From: Pelosinus propionicus DSM 13327
GTDB taxonomy: Bacteria; Bacillota; Negativicutes; DSM-13327
Assembly: GCF_900114615.1 (NCBI RefSeq)
Contig: NZ_FOTS01000012.1
Location: 1-64,000, forward strand
Direction: 5' to 3'
Length of the DNA: 64,000 nucleotides
Below the pieces are notes generated by a model. The model saw only the letters and a list, made by a program, of their open reading frames with translations. It was not told the DNA's origin and did not search any database. Numbering within the stretch: the stretch's first letter is position 1; each line of letters opens with the position of its first letter. The position numbers and the translations under genes are program-made. Of this stretch, positions 18,532-28,659 are shown one piece after another.

Positions 18532-19333
18532 AGGTTTTTAATGAAGTATATTTCTAAGAAGCATCAAGAATAGGGGTGAATCAATAGTCTTAAGTATGAG
18601 AAAGTAATAAATGAATGGGACCCAATTAACTTATAGCAAAGAAAATAGTTGATAATTTATAATCCCAAAGATGTGGGAGGATTTATGGCTTGGATATTTA
18701 TATTATAAGGAAGATTGCGATTTCACAAGGTATCAATTAAAATACAAGTTACTTATTATGGCGTAACGACAAAATGTGAGGAATTAATATCGACCTCATG
18801 CGAAGGGGGGACTAAGGATGAAGAATTACTGGTCATCATTCTGAAAAATTTGATCAGTGCTGCCTTCCAGCCGCTTTCCTTGAAGGTTTTTTAAAATAAA
18901 AAATAAGGATAGTATCCTTGGAAGTGTTTTGTTGGCTACTCATAAAATACTAGTGAATATTTCAAATTTATTACCATTAATTCTGCAATAATAATGCTTG
19001 GCAACAATAATATACTTATGGTAATATATTAGCATATCCTTGGAAATCAGTTTGATAAGTAAAATAATAATGAAACATGCAAACTTATTGAAAGGTAAGG
19101 ACGCAAAGCCATGGGTCTACATACTTTTGTATACGGCTGCCAGGTTGCAATTGCAATCTGGCATTTTTTGTTGTGAATAAAAATAGTTATTATTTAAAAA
19201 TTTTAAAAGTAGGGTTACCATAAAAAAGAATAAATGGTAAAATAATACAACGAATATTAATGCCTGCACAGTGGAAGAAATAGGTACTGTTTGCAATTGA
19301 TCATGTATATTTTATCGGGTGGTGAATTATTGA

Positions 19334-20824
19334 GTGAAAAAAAATTTAATACTATGCTTTGCAATGACAGCAATAATAGGTACATCGACTGGGTATCCCT
19401 TTGGGGGTGAGTGGATGGGAAATGTGGCTTATGCTGCTTCAAACCAGCTTGATAATGTTTCTACTGCTAATTCAGAAAAGTTCAAAGTTGACTTTGCCTA
19501 TGAAATGTCTCAAATTACATCCACAATCGTATCTTCTCAAAATACAAATGTTGAAAGTTTTAAGAGTGAGTTTGCATATGCAACTGCTAAGGTAACAGCA
19601 AAAGTAATGCAATTTATACCTGACTCCCAAAAGAAGGACTTTTCCTATGAAATGGCACAAATTACAACAAAGATAATAAATGATCCAAACTTGAATGTTG
19701 AAAAAGCCAAAGTTGAATTTGCGTACAAAACTGCGCAACTTACAAGCAAAATCATAGCAAGCACAGAGCCGATTACCGTAGGTAATACAACTGCAACTGC
19801 AACTACAAATACAACGACGTTGCTTAGGAATAATGCTGATATTGAGCAAAAATTAGTAGGGAAAGCAAATACGATTTCTGCTAGTCCAAAACCAATGATT
19901 CAGACAAGTGATGTTACTCCGGAGACATATACAAGTCTTTTAAATGAATTGAAGCATGTGGGAGACCACAGAAGTAACTTGGATAATAAGATAAATATTG
20001 ATGGTGAAATTCGTTATCACTACGCATTAAACAGTGGTCTTGGACAAATAGGCAAGGATTCTTCGGGTTTTCGGGCACGTCTTGCTATTGATACGGAATT
20101 TAATAAAGATTGGCGTGTTTACGGAGGTTTGGAAGGCAAGAAAAATATAGTGAATTATGATAATGGTTTTGAGTTTTCCCGCTTATATATAGCTGGCAAA
20201 TTAGGACAATCCATGGTAAAAGCTGGTTCTTTTGGCTATCTCATGGCAGAAGGAAATATTTATGATAGTGATTATGATGGTGTTCGGGCTGATTTCGGTC
20301 GACCAATCAAATACACAGTGAGTTATGGATCCACTAATGATACTCAAAAAACATATATTGCAACTGCACTTTATAATGATTTTGATTATAATCTAGAAGC
20401 TGGTGTTTATCGCAATCAGCTGAATGACAGCAGTAATAGCCGAAACACCATTCGTACCCTTGGCGGCAACTATAATTTCAGTAATTTTAGTTTAGGAGCT
20501 ATGGTTTTGAACTCTAGTCTGAAAGATACAAAAGGTAACCGCAATGGATATGTGTTTAGTTTTAACTATGGTGATCTCAAAACATGGAGACCAGGTACTT
20601 ATGGCGTCTTTGCTAAATATTATAATCAGCCTCAATATACTTATATTTCTCATGGTATGAATGGTTCTGGTAGCAAGATGGGAGGCTTTAGGGGTTATGG
20701 TATAGGTATGAGCTATACCGTTGCTGAAAATTTTGTTGCAGGAATTGAATATTATAGTTTAGCAGATAAAATTAACGGAGACAAAGGCGATACTTGGTGG
20801 AGCCAGTTAACTCAGTATTTTTAA
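19334..20824 (+). CDS. Putative outer-membrane beta-barrel protein with signal peptide, 4 x 22-aa N-terminal repeats and a C-terminal ...QYF
   Basis: GTG start after a GGGTGGTGA RBS. Repeats KVDFAYEMSQITSTIV / FKSEFAYATAKVTAKVMQ / KKDFSYEMAQITTKII / KVEFAYKTAQLTSKII. The C-terminal half alternates hydrophobic residues (beta-barrel-like) and ends in Phe. Confidence 0.5.
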   Translation: MKKNLILCFAMTAIIGTSTGYPFGGEWMGNVAYAASNQLDNVSTANSEKFKVDFAYEMSQITSTIVSSQNTNVESFKSEFAYATAKVTAKVMQFIPDSQKKDFSYEMAQITTKIINDPNLNVEKAKVEFAYKTAQLTSKIIASTEPITVGNTTATATTNTTTLLRNNADIEQKLVGKANTISASPKPMIQTSDVTPETYTSLLNELKHVGDHRSNLDNKINIDGEIRYHYALNSGLGQIGKDSSGFRARLAIDTEFNKDWRVYGGLEGKKNIVNYDNGFEFSRLYIAGKLGQSMVKAGSFGYLMAEGNIYDSDYDGVRADFGRPIKYTVSYGSTNDTQKTYIATALYNDFDYNLEAGVYRNQLNDSSNSRNTIRTLGGNYNFSNFSLGAMVLNSSLKDTKGNRNGYVFSFNYGDLKTWRPGTYGVFAKYYNQPQYTYISHGMNGSGSKMGGFRGYGIGMSYTVAENFVAGIEYYSLADKINGDKGDTWWSQLTQYF

Positions 20825-20852
20825 ATCGATAAATAGGTGAGAGGAAATAGGG

Positions 20853-22175
20853 ATGGAAATATTTGAAAGAATTCGAACCCAAAAAGATTTTTTAGCAGTT
20901 GTCGGTCTTGGTTATGTGGGACTACCGATTGCGGTTGCCTTTGCTGAGAAAGTTAAAACCTTGGGATTTGATATTAATCAAGATAAGATTGATACGTATA
21001 AAAAAGGAATTGATCCTACCAAAGAAATTGGTGATGAGAAAATTCAAAGTACAGCGTTAGAATTTACAACAGATCCAACAAGACTAATGGAAGCTAAAGT
21101 TATCATTGTTGCTGTTCCTACGCCCGTCAATGGTGATAAGACACCTAATTTGTCACCAATTATCAATGCAAGCAAAATAATAGGGGCGAACTTAGCTAAA
21201 GGCAGCATTGTGGTTTTTGAATCCACAGTGTATCCGGGAGTTACTGAAGATGTTTGTGCACCTATTTTAGAAAATGAGTCAGGTCTAATATGTGGAAAAG
21301 ATTTTAAAATCGCCTATTCACCGGAACGAATTAATCCTGGAGATCGAGTGCATACGCTTGAAAATATTCAAAAGATTGTTGCGGGTATGGATGAAGAAAC
21401 TGTTGAAAATATTGCGGCTGTCTATGAGTTGGTTATTCATGCAGGTGTCTATCGAGCACCTAGCATTAAGGTAGCGGAAGCGACAAAATTGGCTGAAAAT
21501 GCTCAAAGAGATATTAACATTGCCTTTATGAATGAATTGTCAATGGCCTTTGACCGAATGGGAATCAATACGAAAGAGGTCATTGATGCCATGAATACCA
21601 AATGGAATGCTCTACGATTTTATCCAGGATTGGTAGGTGGTCATTGTATTGGTGTCGATCCGTATTACTTTATTTATCAAGCAGAATTGCTGGGGTACCA
21701 CTCGCAAATTATTGCTGCAGGCAGAAAAGTCAATGATAATATGGGGATCTTTGTCACTGATAACATCATAAAAAAAATGATTCAATCTAATATAAATGTA
21801 AAAAAATCTAACATTTATATTATGGGCATCACTTTTAAAGAGAATTGTCCGGATATGCGCAATTCAAAAGCTGTAGAGGTTTGTAAACATCTTGCTACTT
21901 ATGGAATAAAAGTAAAGGTAGTAGACCCTGTTGTTGATAAAATGGAATTTAAACAAGAGTTCGATATGGAATTGATAGATATAAATGATGTCCGAAATGC
22001 TGACTGTCTAGTATTTTTAGTGGCTCATCAGCAATTTAAAAATTTGCGGATGGCAGATTTGAAAAAGTTGTTTAAACAGCAAAAGTCACAAACAAAATAT
22101 GTTTTTATTGATATTAAAAATATATTTGAACAAAGAGCTGTAGAAGAAGAGGGTTATTCTTACTGGAGTCTTTAA
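20853..22175 (+). CDS. UDP-sugar 6-dehydrogenase (UDP-GlcNAc/ManNAc dehydrogenase family, TviB/WbpA/WecC-like)
   Basis: N-terminal Rossmann GLGYVGLP, catalytic-Cys region GGHCIGVDPYY, 440 aa. Confidence 0.8.
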   Translation: MEIFERIRTQKDFLAVVGLGYVGLPIAVAFAEKVKTLGFDINQDKIDTYKKGIDPTKEIGDEKIQSTALEFTTDPTRLMEAKVIIVAVPTPVNGDKTPNLSPIINASKIIGANLAKGSIVVFESTVYPGVTEDVCAPILENESGLICGKDFKIAYSPERINPGDRVHTLENIQKIVAGMDEETVENIAAVYELVIHAGVYRAPSIKVAEATKLAENAQRDINIAFMNELSMAFDRMGINTKEVIDAMNTKWNALRFYPGLVGGHCIGVDPYYFIYQAELLGYHSQIIAAGRKVNDNMGIFVTDNIIKKMIQSNINVKKSNIYIMGITFKENCPDMRNSKAVEVCKHLATYGIKVKVVDPVVDKMEFKQEFDMELIDINDVRNADCLVFLVAHQQFKNLRMADLKKLFKQQKSQTKYVFIDIKNIFEQRAVEEEGYSYWSL

Positions 22176-22193
22176 TCATAAGGGGTGATATAC

Positions 22194-24833
22194 GTGAAAA
22201 ATAAGAAAATGGTATCATCACTGGTTTTATTTATCGGTGTTTGTCTTTTAGGATTGCTTTTCTTTAAAGATTTTTTTACAACGCCTACTGGTGGCGACTA
22301 TCGAAATATTACAGATTTAGAAAGTTCTTATGATGCCGAGGAAGAGGTTGCACAAGCCTTAGCGAGGATGAAAAGTAGTCAAGAAAAGGCAAATGTTATT
22401 ATGCGTAGCAATAGTGTTCAGCGTCAGGTTGCTCTGACTTTTGATGGACTAACAGATCGTACTAGCGTGCAGCAGATCTTAGACCTATTAAAAAAACATA
22501 ATATGAAAGCAACATTTTTTGTAGATGGGATGCAGACAGCCGAAGACCCGCAAACTGTTGTAAATATTAAAAAAGCAGGGCATAAAATAGAAAACTATTC
22601 ACTTTCAGGCATGAGTAAAATGGAAACTCTACCTGTGGAAAGAGTAGTGAAAGATTTCAGTCGGGCACAAAAAATTATTAAGGTGACTACCGATCAAGGG
22701 CCAAATCTTTTAAAATGTAATGAGACCCAATATACAGATCTTTTACTGCAGGCAGCAAAGGCCTGTGGCTTCAATAGTGTTGTGAAAAATGATGTTTTTT
22801 TGAATGTGAAACAAATGAATTCTCTTTTTGCAGCGGATGTTTTTGTCAGTAAGCTTAAACCGGGAAGTATTGTTTCCGTTAAACTAAAACCCAATATTGA
22901 ACTGATTGTAAATGAACCTGGAAAAACGGATTTACGACCGGCAGTTGACAAACAGCCTGGATTAAAAGAATTGCCGCAAGAAGTAGAATTAGGAGAAAAA
23001 GAAACGATCGATGCGGTAGAAAGACTATTAATAGCTCTTAGTAAGGCAAACTACACTACTGTTTATGTAGAAGATTTCGCAAATAACAATAGTATTCAAA
23101 AGCCAGTGAAAACGACTTCTATTCAAAATAGTATTAACAATGTTAAAAAGAATCTTAATGTCTCTCTTCTTGTTACTTTCCTCCAAGCAGAAGTTATGGA
23201 TTTATTTACTTATCGAACAGCTTATGCTGCAGAGAATGTAGATAACCAGGCACAAGAAATCAAAGTGATTTCAACCACAGAGCCGGCTCTTTCTTATACC
23301 TTTGGAGGATTAGCAAACGAAACGGTCGTGAATGATGTACTCACAAGATTACATGATTTAGGTATTAAAGCGACTTTTTTTGTAGCGGAAGTAGAGATGA
23401 AGAAGTATCCTGAAACACTGCGAAGGATCATTAGAAATGGACATGAAATTGGTATTGCGATCAGACCGAAAGATGGGGAAACCGCTGATGAGACTCGTAG
23501 TACAATTATGCGTGATACTAAGAACCTGCAAGAGACTTTTGGTGTGACAACAAACTTGGTAAAACAGCCTTGGGGGGGAGTATCGGATACAACAAAAGAA
23601 GTTATTTCTAGCTTAGGTTATAAATTGATTGGTCAATCTGTCAATGTTGTTCAAAGCAAACATAAGGATTACACTTCAGCAGATCAAGTAATGGGAGAAA
23701 TTTTTGGCAAATCGATATTTTCTTTATCGCGAGGACAGATTATACATTTTAGAATGGATTATTATACTGATGCGAGGTTAGTTGGCGACTTGTTAGAAAA
23801 AATTAAACAGCATAAAATTGATAATATTGCTTATACAACATTTTACGATAATCCTGCCAGTAACTTGGCAAATGACTCTCAGTATACCATTAAGACGATA
23901 GGTCAAATTCTTAATAATTCCAAATTTACGTATCAATATCCAATAGATGCTTCAAAGATTCCTGCGCACTTGAAACATGATGGGCCAGCTCTGTTAATTG
24001 ATCGGCATAATTTCTTGGCTGAGACCTCTAAGCGTTATCTTGGAAATGCAGACGTAACCTATGAAGATCGTATGCTAGGATTCTCCAGAATGGAGACTCG
24101 CCGTTTTGATACCAGCGGATTAGTTCACACCAAAGACAATGTTATTTTTCTTACTTTTGACGATTGGGGGACAGATGCGGCAGTCAATAAAATACTATAT
24201 GTCTTGCATAAGCATAATGCCTCAGCGACGTTCTTTGTTCTCACAAATAATGTACTAAATAATCCTAATTTACTTCGATCCATTGCTATGCAGGGGCATG
24301 ATATTGGGAGCCATTCTGATAAGCATAAGCCTATGGCAGTTCGTGATCCTAAAACCGGCAGGCAGGTCAAAGTACAGGATAAAGTCGAATATTTTCAAGA
24401 TCTTACCACAGCCTATCAAAAATTAAGAAATGTAACTGGTGATGTAATTGTCAATGGTAAGCCAGCTTTGACCAGATTCTTTCGTCCTCCAACACTGGCA
24501 ATCAGCAAAATGGGGATTGAAACGCTGTTTGAATCTGGTTATGAATACATCATTAACGGTTCTTGTAGCACATATGATTATAAAGCGCAAAATGTTCCAG
24601 AACTTGTAGAGACAATCAAAGAAGGAGTATATACAAAAAACGGTGAAATAAAAAAAGGAGCTATCTTGACGATGCATATGGGCGATAGTTGTATATACAC
24701 TCCAACGGCTTTAGATATACTTCTGACTGCAAATGAAGCCAAGGCAGATTCGGATCCTTCTAAATTTACAGTCGGCAGGTTATCGGATTATTTAATCGAT
24801 GGATATTCACAATCCAATCGAAAATCACTGTGA
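22194..24833 (+). CDS. Membrane-anchored polysaccharide deacetylase with three NodB-type (CE4) domains
   Basis: N-terminal TM; three VALTFDG / FGGLANE...TFFV / IFLTFDDWG NodB signatures. Probable GTG start at 22194 (RBS AAGGGG). Confidence 0.7.
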   Translation: MKNKKMVSSLVLFIGVCLLGLLFFKDFFTTPTGGDYRNITDLESSYDAEEEVAQALARMKSSQEKANVIMRSNSVQRQVALTFDGLTDRTSVQQILDLLKKHNMKATFFVDGMQTAEDPQTVVNIKKAGHKIENYSLSGMSKMETLPVERVVKDFSRAQKIIKVTTDQGPNLLKCNETQYTDLLLQAAKACGFNSVVKNDVFLNVKQMNSLFAADVFVSKLKPGSIVSVKLKPNIELIVNEPGKTDLRPAVDKQPGLKELPQEVELGEKETIDAVERLLIALSKANYTTVYVEDFANNNSIQKPVKTTSIQNSINNVKKNLNVSLLVTFLQAEVMDLFTYRTAYAAENVDNQAQEIKVISTTEPALSYTFGGLANETVVNDVLTRLHDLGIKATFFVAEVEMKKYPETLRRIIRNGHEIGIAIRPKDGETADETRSTIMRDTKNLQETFGVTTNLVKQPWGGVSDTTKEVISSLGYKLIGQSVNVVQSKHKDYTSADQVMGEIFGKSIFSLSRGQIIHFRMDYYTDARLVGDLLEKIKQHKIDNIAYTTFYDNPASNLANDSQYTIKTIGQILNNSKFTYQYPIDASKIPAHLKHDGPALLIDRHNFLAETSKRYLGNADVTYEDRMLGFSRMETRRFDTSGLVHTKDNVIFLTFDDWGTDAAVNKILYVLHKHNASATFFVLTNNVLNNPNLLRSIAMQGHDIGSHSDKHKPMAVRDPKTGRQVKVQDKVEYFQDLTTAYQKLRNVTGDVIVNGKPALTRFFRPPTLAISKMGIETLFESGYEYIINGSCSTYDYKAQNVPELVETIKEGVYTKNGEIKKGAILTMHMGDSCIYTPTALDILLTANEAKADSDPSKFTVGRLSDYLIDGYSQSNRKSL

Positions 24834-24938
24834 TATGTTTAACAGGTAGTATAGGTCTAAATCATCTATAAATGAAATGACGAGAGCGATTTATTATATG
24901 TTGCTTAGGGTAGCAGCGTAGAAATGGCAAGGAAGTGG

Positions 24939-26765
24939 ATGATGGATAAGATAAAAACAGAAGAGGATATTTTACTTATTGCCAAACCTGATCGCAGGCT
25001 AATTTCTAAAGTACCTGATAAAGAAAAATTGCGTACAAATATAGACAGGCGCCGTGTAAAAGGGAATGGTGATCTCAATGATATCTCAACTCTTGTAGAA
25101 AATGAAAAAATGGGCAGACGCTATTTGGTTAATTATGATGTCTCGATCCAATATGTTTCTGCTGGTAAAGAAGTCACTTGCTTTGGAAAAGGGGTAGATA
25201 TATCAACTACCGGTATGTTACTTGATGTTCCTCAGGAAGTGGCTGAGGATTTGAGTCAGGCATCGAAAATCAAACTGAAGTTTGTCATAACTCCTGGCAC
25301 AATGCCAGAGGGATATGAAATGAAGGTTGATATTGCTGCTCGCTATATCCGGTTTGGCACAAGTTCTGAAGGCAAAACCTTGTGCGGAGTAGAATTTTTG
25401 GAATCACTTGCACAATACGCAGTAAAGAAGAAAAATTGGTATATGCTTTCAGCAGCTTCGTTTTTCCTATTCGTTATTACTGCATGCATTTTTCTTATGA
25501 GGGCAGAAAGCGTACTTTATTTTAAATATAATAAAATATTATATATGTACAGTATTATTGCGGCTAGTTTTTTGTTAACTCGATACCTGTTTGGTTCTTT
25601 TTATCGATCTGTTCCTATTGACAAAGATTTTACACCAGGGGTCACAATTATTGTTCCTTGTTTTAATGAAGAACAGTGGATACAAAGAACGATCTTAGGC
25701 TGCATTAATCAAGATTATCCCATCAATAAACTCGAAGTGATTGTTGTAGATGATTGTTCTAATGATAAATCCGTTGAAAAAATTAAAGAAATCGTAGAAG
25801 AACTGAAGGTTAAAGAACAACGCTATGATGTTGAAAACAGGCTTCGCTATATTGTTCAGTCAACAAATGCAGGTAAACGGGAGGCATTGGCAAAAGGAGC
25901 ACTGATGGCACAGCATGAATTAATTGTATTTGTTGATTCTGACAGCTTCTTAGATCCTTTTGCCATTCGAAATATTGTTCAGCCTTTTAAAGATTCAAAA
26001 ATGGGTGGCGTTTCCGGCAGAACTGACGTTGCCAATACCTATACAAATGCACTTACGAAAATGCAGTCTGTTCGTTATTACATTGCCTTTCGTATCATGA
26101 AGGCAGCAGAGAGCTATTTTGATGCAGTCACTTGTCTATCTGGTCCTCTCTCATGTTACAGAAAAGATTTGCTTGTTAAATATATGGATGAGTGGCTTAA
26201 TCAACGATTTTTGGGAGAGAAGGCTACATTTGGCGATGACCGAAGCATGACAAATCTTATACTAAGAGAGAATCGTACGAGTTATCAGGATACTGCAATA
26301 TGTAATACTATTGTTCCTAATACCTATACTGTTTTTTTGAAACAGCAAATGCGTTGGAAACGATCATGGCTTCGAGAATCCCTTATTGCAGCCGGATTTA
26401 TGTGGAAAAAAGAACCTTTTATGGCCTTATCTTTTTATATGGGGGTACTTGTACCGCTATTGGCACCGATTATCGTAATTTATAATTTAATTTACATTCC
26501 GATAACACATCGTGTATTTCCTCTTACCTTTATGATTGGTATTTTTTTAATGGCTTTGCTCATGAGTATGGCTCAATTATTTCTAAGAAGAAGCTCAACA
26601 TGGGTTTATGGATTGTGGTTTTGTTTATATTATGAAGCCGTACTGTTATGGCAGATGCCGATTGCTTGGGTTACCTTTTGGAAAACTACATGGGGAACAC
26701 GCATGACTCCGGCAGATCTTGCGGAATTGTTAAAAAAGAATCGCAAAAAGCAAGAGAGGGCATAA
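24939..26765 (+). CDS. Processive family-2 glycosyltransferase (PgaC/BcsA/HAS-like synthase) with an N-terminal PilZ domain
   Basis: PilZ motifs RRRVK (RxxxR) and DISTTG (DxSxxG) in the first 130 aa. GT2 motifs VVDDCSND, DSD, QQMRWKRSW (QxxRW) and C-terminal TM helices. Confidence 0.7.
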   Translation: MMDKIKTEEDILLIAKPDRRLISKVPDKEKLRTNIDRRRVKGNGDLNDISTLVENEKMGRRYLVNYDVSIQYVSAGKEVTCFGKGVDISTTGMLLDVPQEVAEDLSQASKIKLKFVITPGTMPEGYEMKVDIAARYIRFGTSSEGKTLCGVEFLESLAQYAVKKKNWYMLSAASFFLFVITACIFLMRAESVLYFKYNKILYMYSIIAASFLLTRYLFGSFYRSVPIDKDFTPGVTIIVPCFNEEQWIQRTILGCINQDYPINKLEVIVVDDCSNDKSVEKIKEIVEELKVKEQRYDVENRLRYIVQSTNAGKREALAKGALMAQHELIVFVDSDSFLDPFAIRNIVQPFKDSKMGGVSGRTDVANTYTNALTKMQSVRYYIAFRIMKAAESYFDAVTCLSGPLSCYRKDLLVKYMDEWLNQRFLGEKATFGDDRSMTNLILRENRTSYQDTAICNTIVPNTYTVFLKQQMRWKRSWLRESLIAAGFMWKKEPFMALSFYMGVLVPLLAPIIVIYNLIYIPITHRVFPLTFMIGIFLMALLMSMAQLFLRRSSTWVYGLWFCLYYEAVLLWQMPIAWVTFWKTTWGTRMTPADLAELLKKNRKKQERA

Positions 26766-26769
26766 GACA

Positions 26770-28638
26770 ATGATGATATCAAATGAAATTTTTACTGCCC
26801 AAAAAGATAGAAAAAAAAGAATACGTGTAGTGGTGCAAATTATAATTCTTCTTGCATTAGTTGCTATTTGTATAAATGCATTATTTACTTTAAAAGCATA
26901 TCAGCCGTATACACATCAGAATACAAAATTTTCAGGGGATAAGGGGTTCGTTACCCTTGCTTATTTTGGGGTAGACCGGATTGGCAATCAAAATCTAATT
27001 GGTGTGGAGCGTTTGCGTGGGCACCTGCAAGCACTAAAAGATTTGGGTTATGTGACAGTCACGCAAGAGGACGTTTTAAATTATTATCAAGCAGGTAAAC
27101 AACTACCGGAAAAATCTCTTTTCTTGATATTTGAGGACGGCAGCAGAGATTCAGCTATTTTTTCGCAGAAAGTTTTAGAAGATTTGAATTTTAAGGCAAC
27201 CATGCTAACATATCCGGAAAACTTCGCAAAAAAAGATCCTAAATTCTTAATGCCGAACGAACTAAAAGAACTTGAAAAATCAACTTTTTGGGAAATGGGA
27301 ACCAATGGATACCGACTAGCATTCATTAATGTGTTTGATAGGTACGATAATTACCTTGGCGAATTGGATCCATTAAAACATGCTAGCGTTGCGCCTTATT
27401 TAGGACGAAAATATAATCACTATTTGATGGATTATATTCGTGATGAATATGGTATTCCGAAAGAAAGTTATAACAGGATGAAAGAGCGTATCTCTTATGA
27501 TTATGAAGCTATAAGAGATAGTTATACAAAATCCATAGGGTATGTACCTGAAATGTACATATTGATGCACTCCAATACAGGAAGCTTTGGCAATAATGAT
27601 AAAGTAAGTGCTGTGAATGAATATTGGATTAAAACATTATTTAAAATGAACTTTAACAGAGAGGGTTTTTCATTTAACCAGAGAAACAGTAGCCTTTATG
27701 ATTTAAGCAGGATGCAGCCACAGGCTTATTGGTACACGAATCATTTGCTGATGCGTATCAAATACGATATCAATCAAGAGTTAGAATTTGTCAAAGGTGA
27801 TATGAATAAACAAAAAGCATGGGAAACCCTTAAAGGGGCTTTAGAAATTCAAGAGGAAACGATGATTGTAACCTCTTTACCAAAAGACAAAGGATTGCTA
27901 CGTTTAAAAAATAGTAATGATTTTGGAGACCTGAAACTTTCCGTGAGGATGAAGGGAAATAAACTTGGCCTGCAGAAAGTATATCTCAGGGCAGATGAAA
28001 GCTTAAATCGATTCTTGTCTGTATATATTCTCAATAATTTTCTATATGTTACAGAAAAAAATAGCGGTGCCGAAAAAGAATTGTTTAAATTGAACTTGGA
28101 TAAACATGACGGTAAAGAATGGATATCCGTTCCGGAAGATAAGAAAGCAGCTGAAATTCGGGAATTGGAGATGTTTGCAAAATACGCTGATTCTGCTGAA
28201 AAAGCAAAGATTTATGCAGAGCGTTTAAAGGATAAAAACATAGAGAAGGTGCCTGGCGTGACAGAAGGTGCCGGGGAATATATACCTGACCTTAGTGTTA
28301 ATGCAAAAGGCGACCGTATGCTGGCATTATCTCTCAAGAAAAATCAAATCAGCATTATGATCGATGGAAAAGATGCTGTTATTGATTTACCCATATCTGA
28401 ATCAAAGGCGGGTTCTATTTATCTGGAAACAGCATGGGGCGGTTATGGCTGGAGTCAAAGAAATTTGGCGGATGATGTGTATGATGGTGTATTTGAAAAG
28501 TTAATAATCACCGAAAATACAGGAGCAGAAACCGAAAAAACTTTATTTGACAGCCGACTTCAAGGATTTGATGCTGTTAAATTTAAAATAGGGAAGCTTT
28601 GGGAAGCGCTTATCAATTGGTTTATTACAAAATTGTAA
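26770..28638 (+). CDS. Membrane-anchored NodB/PgaB-like polysaccharide deacetylase with C-terminal extension of unknown function
   Basis: TM after the N-terminus. LFLIFEDGSRDSAIF...ATMLTY resembles the PgaB/IcaB-type deacetylase core. Confidence 0.5.
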   Translation: MMISNEIFTAQKDRKKRIRVVVQIIILLALVAICINALFTLKAYQPYTHQNTKFSGDKGFVTLAYFGVDRIGNQNLIGVERLRGHLQALKDLGYVTVTQEDVLNYYQAGKQLPEKSLFLIFEDGSRDSAIFSQKVLEDLNFKATMLTYPENFAKKDPKFLMPNELKELEKSTFWEMGTNGYRLAFINVFDRYDNYLGELDPLKHASVAPYLGRKYNHYLMDYIRDEYGIPKESYNRMKERISYDYEAIRDSYTKSIGYVPEMYILMHSNTGSFGNNDKVSAVNEYWIKTLFKMNFNREGFSFNQRNSSLYDLSRMQPQAYWYTNHLLMRIKYDINQELEFVKGDMNKQKAWETLKGALEIQEETMIVTSLPKDKGLLRLKNSNDFGDLKLSVRMKGNKLGLQKVYLRADESLNRFLSVYILNNFLYVTEKNSGAEKELFKLNLDKHDGKEWISVPEDKKAAEIRELEMFAKYADSAEKAKIYAERLKDKNIEKVPGVTEGAGEYIPDLSVNAKGDRMLALSLKKNQISIMIDGKDAVIDLPISESKAGSIYLETAWGGYGWSQRNLADDVYDGVFEKLIITENTGAETEKTLFDSRLQGFDAVKFKIGKLWEALINWFITKL

Positions 28639-28659
28639 TCAATAAGAGGAAGTGAATGC

